The position numbers and the translations under genes are program-made. The notes beneath the pieces are model-generated. The model was not told the origin of the DNA and did not search any database. It saw only the letters and a list, made by a program, of their open reading frames with translations. From a virus (taxonomy: Duplodnaviria; Caudoviricetes): a DNA stretch of 33,963 nt. The stretch covers positions 1 through 33,963 of the IMG/VR virus record IMGVR_UViG_3300043184_000051, one strand, 5' to 3'. Below are positions 23,766 to 32,540 of the stretch, piece after piece (position 1 is the stretch's first letter; the number at the start of each line of letters is the position of its first letter).

Positions 23766-24425
23766 ATGGGGGTGCCGATCCGGCAAGCCGCCCGCGAACT
23801 CGGTGTTTCGGACGCCGCGGTTAGCAAGGCGATCAAGACCGGCCGGATCAGCGCTGAACCGGATGGTACGATCGACGTCGGACGCGCCCGGCGGGATTGG
23901 GCGGCCAACACCAACCCGGCATGGTCCCGGATCGGGCAGGACGGCAGCCGACGGCCGGACCCGAAGCAGAAGAAAAAGCCCCCGCGCAAAGCGCCGCTCA
24001 AAGGCACCGCCAAGCGCGATGAGACCGCGATCCCGGCCCCCGCCGATACGGCAACAGGTCAAGGCACTTCACCTGCGGACGCGCCGGAAGGAACGATCAA
24101 TCTCGCCCGCGCGCGAACCGCCAAGATGGCGGTTGACGCTCAGCTTGCCCGCCTGGAATTGCAGAAGGCGCAAGGCGCGCTCGTCGATGCGAAGGCGATG
24201 CGGGCGCTGTGGTTTACGACGCTGCGGACCATGCGCGACCGGCTGAACAACATTCCTTCAAGGGTTGCCGCCCGCTGTGCGCTTGAGACCGATCCGCGCA
24301 AGGTTCAATTCATCATCGAGGACGAAATCCAAAGCGTCCTGACGGAATTACAGAATGATCTCCGACCTATTGGCGGGCAGCCCGTCACTACACCATCTTC
24401 TGACGGCCGCACGGCAGGCGCTTGA
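23766..24425 (+). CDS. Terminase small subunit (Nu1-like)
   Basis: N-terminal HTH IRQAARELGVSDAAVSKAIKTGRI and coiled coil AQLARLELQKAQGALVD. Overlaps the large subunit. Confidence 0.85.
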   Translation: MGVPIRQAARELGVSDAAVSKAIKTGRISAEPDGTIDVGRARRDWAANTNPAWSRIGQDGSRRPDPKQKKKPPRKAPLKGTAKRDETAIPAPADTATGQGTSPADAPEGTINLARARTAKMAVDAQLARLELQKAQGALVDAKAMRALWFTTLRTMRDRLNNIPSRVAARCALETDPRKVQFIIEDEIQSVLTELQNDLRPIGGQPVTTPSSDGRTAGA

Positions 24426-26253
24426 GCCGGACACGGTTCAGACGGTGAGTGAATGGGCGGAAGCCCATCGCATCCTCAGCCGCAAGGCCAGTGCGGAGCC
24501 GGGACGTTGGCGAACAAGCCGGACGCCGTATCTCCGCGCCATCATGGACGCGCTATCGGCTCGTCATCCGGCGGAGCGCGTGGTCTTCATGAAGGGTTCT
24601 CAGGTCGGCGCAACCGAGGTCGGGTTGAACTGGATCGGCTACACCATCCACCGCGACCCCGGCCCGTTTCTGATGGTGCAGCCGACGGACCTTGCGTTGA
24701 AGCGCTATAGCAGGCAGCGCTTGGACCCGATGATCGAAGACAGCCCGGAGCTTGCCGTCAGGATCAGCGATCCGCGGAGCCGGGACGCCGCGAACAACGC
24801 GGTGATGAAGGAATTCCCCGGCGGCGTCATCATTCTGGCCGGAGCCAACAGCCCGTCGAACCTCCGCTCCATGCCTGCACGGAAATTCTTCGGCGATGAA
24901 GTCGACGCCTATCCGATTAGCGCCGGTATGGGGCAGAACGCGGAAGGCGATCCGGTAGACCTTGCCGAGCGCGCGCTACAGACCTTCTGGAACAGTAAAG
25001 AATATCTCTGCTCGACACCGTTGAAAAAAGGCTCAAGCCGTATCGAGAAGGCGTTCCTCGAAGGCAATCAGCAGTACTATTTCGTCCCCTGTCCGGAGTG
25101 CGGCGAATTTCAAATTCTGAAATGGGCGCAGGTGCAGTGGCCGGAAGGCAGACCGCAGGAAGCCCACTATGTCTGCGAGCATTGCGGTGCGGCGCTCAGC
25201 GAGGGCCACAAGCAATGGATGCTGGAACACGGACAGTGGCGGGCGATCTCCGATGGCGACGGACGGACATGGTCCTTCCATCTCTCATCGCTCTATAGTC
25301 CGCCGGGTTGGGAAAGCTGGCGTGGCTTGGCCCTCAAATTTACCCAGGCCAGAAACGATCCGCTTCGCCTACAGGTCTTCGTCAACCAGAAGCTCGGGGA
25401 GCCGTGGGAGGAAGACGGCGAACGACCGCCCGCCGATAGCCTTGCCGCCCGGCGCGAAGAATTCGCCGGTCTGGTTCCGCCGGACGCCGCCGTCATCACC
25501 GCGGGTGTCGACGTACAGGATGATCGCTTAGAGGCGCACGCGATTGCATGGGGCGAAGGCGAGGAATGTTGGTCCATCGACTATCAGGTCTTCTACGGCG
25601 ATCCGAGCGCGCCGCATGTCTGGGACCAGCTCGACACCTGGCTGTCCCGTCCCTGGGAGCACGCCCGCGATATTCCGCCGCTGACCATCGGCGCGGCCTG
25701 CATCGACACCGGCGGCCATCACACGCTCAAGGCGTATGCGTTTTGCAAAGGCCGTCATCACCGCAAGGTCTGGGCGATCAAAGGCCGCGGCGGGCAAGGC
25801 GTGCCGATATGGCCGCGCAAACCAAGCGCGAAGAACAAAGGAAAAGTCCCGCTCTACATCGTCGGCGTCGATGCAGCGAAAGAAGCGATTTATGCCCGCC
25901 TTAAGGTCGATACCGCGGGACCGGGCTATATCCACTTCTCCGCCGCCTATGACGATGAGTGGTTTCGCCACCTGACCTCGGAAAAGAAGATCACCCGCTA
26001 TCACAAAGGCAAGAGCAAGACGGAGTGGGTGAAAGGAAACGGCGTCCGCAACGAGCCGTTCGACACCTTCGTTTATTCGCTGGCGGCTCTTTACGGATGG
26101 GTCAACGCCGGATTATCGCTCGGTCGCAGGGTTGCGGAATTGGCGGATGCGCCCCTGCGAAAATCCCGCGCCGCCAACCCGCAACAATTGGCTGAACAGG
26201 CCGCGCGACCGCCCCGTGTTCTGGCGCGACGGGTCCGCGGCTCCATGGTTTAG
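24355..26253 (+). CDS. Terminase large subunit, lambda gpA family
   Basis: VSEWAE, TPYLR, MKGSQVGATE, GDEVD, CSTP, CPEC/CEHC, AGVDVQDDR, IDTGG, RNEPFD. Confidence 0.95.
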   Translation: MISDLLAGSPSLHHLLTAARQALEPDTVQTVSEWAEAHRILSRKASAEPGRWRTSRTPYLRAIMDALSARHPAERVVFMKGSQVGATEVGLNWIGYTIHRDPGPFLMVQPTDLALKRYSRQRLDPMIEDSPELAVRISDPRSRDAANNAVMKEFPGGVIILAGANSPSNLRSMPARKFFGDEVDAYPISAGMGQNAEGDPVDLAERALQTFWNSKEYLCSTPLKKGSSRIEKAFLEGNQQYYFVPCPECGEFQILKWAQVQWPEGRPQEAHYVCEHCGAALSEGHKQWMLEHGQWRAISDGDGRTWSFHLSSLYSPPGWESWRGLALKFTQARNDPLRLQVFVNQKLGEPWEEDGERPPADSLAARREEFAGLVPPDAAVITAGVDVQDDRLEAHAIAWGEGEECWSIDYQVFYGDPSAPHVWDQLDTWLSRPWEHARDIPPLTIGAACIDTGGHHTLKAYAFCKGRHHRKVWAIKGRGGQGVPIWPRKPSAKNKGKVPLYIVGVDAAKEAIYARLKVDTAGPGYIHFSAAYDDEWFRHLTSEKKITRYHKGKSKTEWVKGNGVRNEPFDTFVYSLAALYGWVNAGLSLGRRVAELADAPLRKSRAANPQQLAEQAARPPRVLARRVRGSMV

Positions 26254-26262
26254 GAGGCCGGT

Positions 26263-26475
26263 GTGGCGACGTTGGAAGAACTTCAGGCGCGGCGCGAACT
26301 GCTGGTCCGGCAACGGGAGAGCCTACAGACCTCCGTCCGATGGGGCGACAAGGCGATCAGCTACGACCTCACCGCCGCGAAGGAGGCTATCGCCGATCTT
26401 GACCGGCAGATCGCCGCGCGCAAAGGCCGCCGCGCCGGGCGGCAGGTCCGCTTTACGACATCGAAGGATTTGTAA
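26263..26475 (+). CDS. gpW-like head-tail joining protein
   Basis: Small basic protein between terminase and portal, ending FTTSKDL; AGGAGG RBS. Confidence 0.8.
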   Translation: MATLEELQARRELLVRQRESLQTSVRWGDKAISYDLTAAKEAIADLDRQIAARKGRRAGRQVRFTTSKDL

Positions 26476-26478
26476 CCG

Positions 26479-28083
26479 ATGAGCCGCTTTTCCGATTTCC
26501 GGCTGCTGGCCGCCGCATTGATCGCACCGCCGGTCTCGGCAGAAGGCAGCCGTAACAGCGGCGTGCTTGACCGCGCCCGCTTCCGATTGGCGGCGTCCGT
26601 CGCCGGTGTGACACCGCCGCGCACCGGATACGAGGGGGCCGCGCAAGGCCGCCGCCTGGGATATTGGAACCCCGGCAATCGCAGCATGAATGAAATCCTG
26701 CGCCATGACGCCCGGCTTCTCCGGGAGCGGGCGCGCGACGCCTCCCGCAACAACGCCTTCGCCGACGGACCGATTACACGGATGGTCAACCAGATCATCG
26801 GCACCGGCATTGTCCCCCGCTCGCTTCACAAAGACGAGGCGACGCGCGCGGCGATCATGAAGGCATGGCGGCGTTGGGTGCCGTATGCCGATGCGCACGG
26901 GATGCAGGATTTGTACGGCGTTCAAACCGCCGTCGCCCGTGAGCTTCTCGTCGGCGGTGAGGTCTTCGTCCGCAACCGGCCGCGCTATCCGGAAGACGGT
27001 TTGCCGGTGCCGGTTCAGTTTCAAGTTCTGTCGGCGGAGCATTGCCCGCTCGATTACGAAGAAGACCTTCCCAACGGCAACAAAATCCGGGCGTCGATCG
27101 AGTTCGATCGCATCGGCCGTCGCGTCGCCTATTGGATGCTTCGCGAACACCCCGGCGAACGGCCGCTGTTCTGGTCGGCGACCGAGCGGGTGCGCGTCCC
27201 GGCAAGCGAAGTCGCGCATATCTACGTCATCAAGGAGCCCGGACAAATTCGCGGCGTCACCGCTCTTGCATCGGCGTTGGTCAAGCTGAAAGACCTGGAT
27301 GAATATGACGACGCGGAGTTGATGCGAAAAAAGGTCTCCGCGATGTTGATGGGCTTCATCACCCGCCCGGCACCGGAAGACGATACCGAAGGCCAGGAGA
27401 CCGATCCGGCTCCGGTCATGCCGATGCAGCCTGCAACGATGCAGGAGCTTCTTCCCGGCGAAGGCATCGAATTCACCGACCCCAAGGATGTCGGCGGGCA
27501 GTATGAACAATTCATGCGGCAACAGATGCTCTACGTCGCAACCGCCCTCGGCAGCACCTACGAGCATGTCAGCAGCGACTACAGTAAGGTCACTTACCTT
27601 TCCGCCCGCGCGGCGCTGCTCGACTTCCGCCGGTCGATTGAGCGGATACAGCACCAAGTCATCGGGCACATGCTTTGCCGCTTCATCTGGTCCCGCTGGT
27701 TCGATCAGGCGGTTCTCTCCGGCGCTATTCCGGTCAGCCCGCGCGAACTTCTCCGCAACCGCGAAGACGTCACCGATGTTCGATGGGTTCCGCCGGGTTG
27801 GGATTGGATCGATCCGGGCAAGGACGCCGAAGCCAACATCGCTTTGGTCCGCGCGGGCTTTACCTCCCGGACGGAAGTCGTCGCCGAACGTGGTTACGAC
27901 ATCGAAGAAGTCGACCGGGAAATCGCCGCCGAACAGCAGCGCGCCGATCAAGCGGGCTTGAAGTTTGATAGCGATGGCCGTAACGCCCGAAGCGGTGCCC
28001 AGGCAAAACCGCCGGAGCCAAACAGCGAGGCAACGCCCGCCGATGAGCCGCGGCAGGATCAGAAACGCAAAGGTGCAGCATGA
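26479..28083 (+). CDS. Portal protein, lambda family
   Basis: YEGA, LRERARDASRNN, IEFDRIGRRVAYW, PGQIRGV, YLSARAALL, WDWIDPGKD. Confidence 0.95.
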   Translation: MSRFSDFRLLAAALIAPPVSAEGSRNSGVLDRARFRLAASVAGVTPPRTGYEGAAQGRRLGYWNPGNRSMNEILRHDARLLRERARDASRNNAFADGPITRMVNQIIGTGIVPRSLHKDEATRAAIMKAWRRWVPYADAHGMQDLYGVQTAVARELLVGGEVFVRNRPRYPEDGLPVPVQFQVLSAEHCPLDYEEDLPNGNKIRASIEFDRIGRRVAYWMLREHPGERPLFWSATERVRVPASEVAHIYVIKEPGQIRGVTALASALVKLKDLDEYDDAELMRKKVSAMLMGFITRPAPEDDTEGQETDPAPVMPMQPATMQELLPGEGIEFTDPKDVGGQYEQFMRQQMLYVATALGSTYEHVSSDYSKVTYLSARAALLDFRRSIERIQHQVIGHMLCRFIWSRWFDQAVLSGAIPVSPRELLRNREDVTDVRWVPPGWDWIDPGKDAEANIALVRAGFTSRTEVVAERGYDIEEVDREIAAEQQRADQAGLKFDSDGRNARSGAQAKPPEPNSEATPADEPRQDQKRKGAA

Positions 28084-29351
28084 GCCAGAGCCAACTTCTC
28101 CGCATCGCCGCTAGGGTGCTCAACACCCCGCTGCTGCTCCACCCGGAAAAGCTTGACGTCATCCTGAACGTCTTGGGCGGTCGCATCGGTATCGAGGCCG
28201 CGGAGATTACGGTCAAGCCGAAGGCGATGGACCAGGAGGATGAAGAAGATCAGCGCGAAGACCGTAAGCGGGACAAGCCCTATGCCGTCATCAACGGCGC
28301 GGCGATCATCCCGGTTCATGGCTCTCTGGTTCAGCGCTATTCATGGGCCGATGCGATGTCCGGTCTGACGTCGTATGAATGGCTCGACATGGCGCTTGCC
28401 GCCGCGATGAACGATGCTGGCGTTTCGCGCATCGTCATGGACATCGACAGCCCCGGCGGAGAGACAACCGGCGCATTCGATCTTGCCGACGCCATCTATG
28501 CGGCGCGCGGCAAAAAGCCGATGACGGCGATGGTCAACGAAGCGGCGTTCAGCGCGGCCTATCTGCTGGCGTCCGCCGCGGATGAAATCATCATCCCGCG
28601 GACCGGCGGTCTCGGCAGCATCGGCGTCGTCGCCGCGCATGTGGATGTCACCGGGCAGGATGAGCAGCGCGGTCACAAGTGGACCCATATCTACGCCGGG
28701 AAGCAGAAGGTCGATTATTCCCCTCACCTGCCGTTGTCCGACGCCGCCCGCGGCTCGATCCAAGCCGAGGTCGACCGGCTCTATGGAATTTTCGTCGATA
28801 CCGTCGCCCGCAACCGCCGGATGGCGGCGGAGAAGGTCCGGAAGACGGAAGCCGCCTGCTTCTTCGGTAGGGACGCCGTTTCAGTCGGCTTGGCGGATCG
28901 TATCGGGACTTTCAAAAGCACTCTTGCGAAATCCGAAAGCCCGGCATATCGCCCGAACCATGCCGCTATGAAAAGCGGCCCGGATCAAACCCGTATGGAG
29001 GACCAGAGGGTGGAGACAGAAGCCACGACCGGCCCGGCCGCGCAACCCGCCGGTGAAGTCATCGACATCAACGCCGCGCGGCGCGAAGGCGGAGACCAAG
29101 CCCGCGCCCATGCGGCGGCCATCGCCGAACTCTGCTCGCTCGCAGGGGCACCGGAGCGGGCTGGCGAGTTCATCGCCGCCAATGCGTCGGAGGCGGATGT
29201 CCGCAAGGCGCTGCTGAAACACAAGGCGGAAAAAGGCGGTCAGGAGATCGTTTCCGTCACCCGCGCAACCCAAGCCCCGGCTCAGACGACCTTGAACGCG
29301 AACAGCATCTACGCGAAGCGCAACAAGGCGATGACCACGGCGCAGGCGTAA
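28080..29351 (+). CDS. S49-family prohead protease (lambda gpC-like)
   Basis: DIDSPGG, AFSAAYLLASAAD, GSIGV, GLADRIG. Confidence 0.93.
   Translation: MSQSQLLRIAARVLNTPLLLHPEKLDVILNVLGGRIGIEAAEITVKPKAMDQEDEEDQREDRKRDKPYAVINGAAIIPVHGSLVQRYSWADAMSGLTSYEWLDMALAAAMNDAGVSRIVMDIDSPGGETTGAFDLADAIYAARGKKPMTAMVNEAAFSAAYLLASAADEIIIPRTGGLGSIGVVAAHVDVTGQDEQRGHKWTHIYAGKQKVDYSPHLPLSDAARGSIQAEVDRLYGIFVDTVARNRRMAAEKVRKTEAACFFGRDAVSVGLADRIGTFKSTLAKSESPAYRPNHAAMKSGPDQTRMEDQRVETEATTGPAAQPAGEVIDINAARREGGDQARAHAAAIAELCSLAGAPERAGEFIAANASEADVRKALLKHKAEKGGQEIVSVTRATQAPAQTTLNANSIYAKRNKAMTTAQA
29010..29351 (+). CDS. Nested in-frame scaffolding protein (Nu3-like)
   Basis: GGAGG (28997-29001) lies 8 nt before an in-frame GTG at 29010, after the protease domain. 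Matches the lambda C/Nu3 layout. Confidence 0.55.
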   Translation: METEATTGPAAQPAGEVIDINAARREGGDQARAHAAAIAELCSLAGAPERAGEFIAANASEADVRKALLKHKAEKGGQEIVSVTRATQAPAQTTLNANSIYAKRNKAMTTAQA

Positions 29352-29364
29352 GGAGTAAGGGACG

Positions 29365-30018
29365 ATGGCACAGGTTCTTCAAGAAGGCGTCTATTCCGCT
29401 GAGTTTCTGATTTCGGAAGGTCAGCGCAACATCAGCCGGGAAGCGGTTACGATCCTTTCCGGTGCGGACCTCAAGCCCGGCACGGTGCTTGGTCAAGTGA
29501 TTTCAGCAACCGCGACACCGGCCGCCGTCGCGGGCGGAACCGGCAACGGGACGCTGACCATGGACGCGACGACGCCGGTCCTGCCCGGCGCAAAGGAAGG
29601 CGTCTATCGCGCGACCTGCATTACGGCCGCCGCGAACGGCGGAACCTTCCGCGTGGAGGACCCCGATGGAATTGTTCTCGGTGATATTGCTGTCGGCGGC
29701 ACTTTCTCTGACGACATCAAGTTCGTCATCGCGGACGGGTCCGCCGATTTTATCGTCGGCGATGCTTTCACCATCACCGTCGCCGTTACCGCCCGGAAGT
29801 ATGGGGCGCTGGACCTTGCGTCCACTACCGGCCTCGCTACCGCCGTGGCGGTTCTCTACCATCCCGCGAAGGCGGCGGCGGCCGAAGTAACGGGCGTGAT
29901 CATCGCCCGTATGGCGGAAGTCAATGCCGCCGAAATCATTTGGCCCGTCGGCATCAACGCTGCGCAGAAGGCACAAGCCCTGCGGCAGCTTGAGGCCCGG
30001 AACATCATCGCGCGCTAA
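29365..30018 (+). CDS. Head decoration protein (gpD-like, with inserted beta domain)
   Basis: AEFLISEG...SREAVTI.SG..L.PGTVLG...AVAVLY...IARMAEVN...I.WP...L....I.AR. Confidence 0.88.
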   Translation: MAQVLQEGVYSAEFLISEGQRNISREAVTILSGADLKPGTVLGQVISATATPAAVAGGTGNGTLTMDATTPVLPGAKEGVYRATCITAAANGGTFRVEDPDGIVLGDIAVGGTFSDDIKFVIADGSADFIVGDAFTITVAVTARKYGALDLASTTGLATAVAVLYHPAKAAAAEVTGVIIARMAEVNAAEIIWPVGINAAQKAQALRQLEARNIIAR

Positions 30019-30100
30019 TCACGCGCAAGGCGCAACCAGGGGAACAGCGGAAGCGGAGGTGTAGTCAGCGCACGGCGCGCATCAGGAGGGAAGAAGCCCC

Positions 30101-31111
30101 ATGTGGTTGGATATTTTCAACAACTCCGCTTTCAGCGTCACGTCGCTGACCGGCGTCATCAACGAACTGCCCTATATCCCCGGCCGGGTGTCGCGGATGG
30201 GTCTGTTCACGGAGAGCGGCGTCGCGACGACGACAATCGCTATTGAGCAGAAGAAAGGCGTTCTGTCGCTGATCAAGACCACGCCCCGCGGCGGTCCGGC
30301 GGTGCAGAATACCAGCGAGAAGCGCACCGTCCGCTCACTTGCCATCCCGCATATCGCGGTTGAAGACACCGTGAACGCCGATGAGGTCCAGGGCGTCCGC
30401 GCCTTCGGCACCGAAAGCCAATTGGAAGGCGTTCAAAGCGTCGTCAACGCCCGGCTGAACCGGATGAACACCAACGTCGATGTCACGCTTGAATACATGC
30501 GGTTGCATGCGCTTAAGGGCATCGTCTTGGACGCCGACGGCTCGACGCTCTACAATCTCTTCACCGAATTCGATGTCTCGCAGCCGAGCGAAATCAACTT
30601 CGACCTCAACAACGCCAATCCCAGCAAGGGCGCGCTTCGCAAGGTCTGCCATGCGCTGATCCGGCAAATCGAGGATGAGCTTGGCGCGGCGACCTACAGC
30701 CATATCCACGGGCTGGTTTCGGCGCAGTTCCTGGACGAGTTGATCGAGCATCCGGAATTCATCGAAGCCCACAGCTTCGAGAAAACGCAGAGCCTGTTGC
30801 AGCAGCAGCTTGCCCGCCGCACCGTCGAATATGCAGGCATCATCTTCGAGGAATATCGCGGCAAGGTCGGCGCAACATCCTTCGTCGCCGACAACAAAGC
30901 GCATTTCTTCCCGGTCGGCGTGCCCGGCCTTTTTGAGACGATCTTTGCTCCGGCGGATTTCTTGGAGACCGTCAACACCATCGGCTTGCCGCGTTACGCC
31001 AAGATCGGGCAGCCCGATCCGATGGGGCGCAGCGTTCCCATTCATGTGCAGAGCAACCCGCTTTGCCTCTGCACCCGACCGAAGGTTTTGGTGCAAGGCC
31101 GCGTTCAGTAA
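30101..31111 (+). CDS. Major capsid protein, lambda gpE family
   Basis: DIFNNSAFSVTSLT..IN, TPRGGP, TLEYMRLHALKG, FEEYRG, FAPAD..ETVNT.GLP.Y, QSNPL.LCTRP. Confidence 0.95.
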   Translation: MWLDIFNNSAFSVTSLTGVINELPYIPGRVSRMGLFTESGVATTTIAIEQKKGVLSLIKTTPRGGPAVQNTSEKRTVRSLAIPHIAVEDTVNADEVQGVRAFGTESQLEGVQSVVNARLNRMNTNVDVTLEYMRLHALKGIVLDADGSTLYNLFTEFDVSQPSEINFDLNNANPSKGALRKVCHALIRQIEDELGAATYSHIHGLVSAQFLDELIEHPEFIEAHSFEKTQSLLQQQLARRTVEYAGIIFEEYRGKVGATSFVADNKAHFFPVGVPGLFETIFAPADFLETVNTIGLPRYAKIGQPDPMGRSVPIHVQSNPLCLCTRPKVLVQGRVQ

Positions 31112-31140
31112 CCGGCGGAGTTTTCGGGGAGTGCAACTCA

Positions 31141-31168
31141 AAGCCGGTGCGGGCAACTGCACCGGCTT
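31141..31168 (+). terminator. Hairpin after the capsid gene (terminator or mRNA stabiliser)
   Basis: AAGCCGGTGCGG-GCAA-CTGCACCGGCTT, a 12-bp stem with GNRA loop and weak U tract. Confidence 0.65.
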
Positions 31169-31190
31169 CATTGTCAGAAGGAAGTAAGCC

Positions 31191-31454
31191 ATGGCCGAAA
31201 ATGATATGCCCCGCGATCTTACATCGCCGCCGACGCGGTCATTCGTCGTCGCCCCGCACAACACCGATGAGCTTCCGCTGACCCCGCGCGCGCTCTATTT
31301 CTCCGCGGCGGGCAACGTCCGATTTCGTCTTTCGGATGATGTCGACCCGGTGACGATTTCCGTTCCGGCGGGAATGCTTCTGCCGGGCTTCTTTGCGCAG
31401 GTCTATTTAACCGGCACGACGGTTGCGGCCGGAAGCATCACGGCGTTCGTATGA
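31191..31454 (+). CDS. Head-spike base protein, RcGTA Rcc01079-like
   Basis: SP....F.V.P.....L....RALY....GNV......D...VT..VPAG..LP.....VY.TGTT....I pattern; 87 aa. Confidence 0.8.
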   Translation: MAENDMPRDLTSPPTRSFVVAPHNTDELPLTPRALYFSAAGNVRFRLSDDVDPVTISVPAGMLLPGFFAQVYLTGTTVAAGSITAFV

Positions 31455-31609
31455 TCGCGCTCGGACTGACCATCGGTCTCAACCGGGCGCAGCAAATCGG
31501 CGGCACCGTTCCGCCGCTGGAAGCGCCACAATATACCGATGCGACGGCATGGCCGGACGGCGATGTCGTCCTCTGGCCTGACGGCGATATTCTCGGATGG
31601 AGTGAGTAA
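31451..31609 (+). CDS. 52-aa head-spike adaptor-like peptide (absent from the ORF track)
   Basis: MIALGLTIGLNRAQQIGGTVPPLEAPQYTDATAWPDGDVVLWPDGDILGWSE*. ATGA and TAATG overlaps with both neighbours. Confidence 0.75.
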   Translation: MIALGLTIGLNRAQQIGGTVPPLEAPQYTDATAWPDGDVVLWPDGDILGWSE

Positions 31610-32538
31610 TGGCTGAGAAGCGTTGGAACGATCCGACCGTTACGGAACTGACCGCGGGCAATGCCGGAGACGGTTCCGGCGTCACCGCTCCCGGCGCGCT
31701 GGCCAATGCAAAGCGTTGGTGGTCATGGGCGACGCTGAAGACTTGGCTGGAAAGCAACCTGACCCTTGCGCAAGCCCGGATCACCGGCCTAGGCGCGGCG
31801 CTTGGCGCGAAGTCGGATGTCGGTCACGGGCACACCGTTTCCAATATCTCAGACTTCGGATCGGCCTTCCGGTCGCTGCTCGGCTCGCTGTTGCAGGCAG
31901 GCGCAAACATCACCATCACGCAAGACGGCGGGACCGGCGTCGTTACGATCGAGGCCGCGGGTGGCGGCGGTGGCGGCCTGGACGCTGAAGCCGTGCGCGA
32001 TACCATTGCAGCGGCGCTGGTCGCCGGGTCAGGCATTACGATCACCGTCAACGACCCGGCGAACACCATCACAATCACGCTGGCGGCGCATACGCACAAC
32101 ATGGCGGACATCGCGGACGCTGCCGTTCTGAGCGGCACGCTGAACCAGATCGTGATGTTCGATGAGAACGGCGACGCCCAAGCCCGCAGCCTCGCCTATA
32201 TGACGCAGACACTGCTAGGCTCATCCTTCTCCGTCGGCTCATTTTCCACGACGCGGCCGGTCGCAGACCGAACGATCTTCGTCGCGGAAGCCGCGGATGT
32301 CGGCCGGAAATGGGTCGGTCTCGGACAGGCAAGCTCGGTCAACGCAACGACGATCACCGCAAAACTGGTCAAGCCGGACAATTTGAGCGTGACGCATATC
32401 AACGCCGCCGTCGTGGACGCCACGCCGGACAGCATCGTGATCGGAACACCGCCGACGCTTGCCCTTGGTGATCGCATCGTCATCAGCACCCCGGTTGCGG
32501 CCGGTGAGCTTCGCTGGAATGTACTCTTGGGGTATTAG
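31609..32538 (+). CDS. Fibre-like virion protein
   Basis: His motifs GHGHTVSNISD and AHTHNMADIAD, two AG.(N/G)ITIT.......(V/I)TI repeats, a Gly hinge and a beta-rich C-terminus. Confidence 0.75.
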   Translation: MAEKRWNDPTVTELTAGNAGDGSGVTAPGALANAKRWWSWATLKTWLESNLTLAQARITGLGAALGAKSDVGHGHTVSNISDFGSAFRSLLGSLLQAGANITITQDGGTGVVTIEAAGGGGGGLDAEAVRDTIAAALVAGSGITITVNDPANTITITLAAHTHNMADIADAAVLSGTLNQIVMFDENGDAQARSLAYMTQTLLGSSFSVGSFSTTRPVADRTIFVAEAADVGRKWVGLGQASSVNATTITAKLVKPDNLSVTHINAAVVDATPDSIVIGTPPTLALGDRIVISTPVAAGELRWNVLLGY

Positions 32539-32540
32539 CC

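Noticed and set aside
26323-27951. 542-aa minus-strand ORF
   Set aside because: Antisense shadow of the portal gene, expected in high-GC DNA; no motifs.
30335-31264. 309-aa minus-strand ORF
   Set aside because: Shadow of the major capsid gene.
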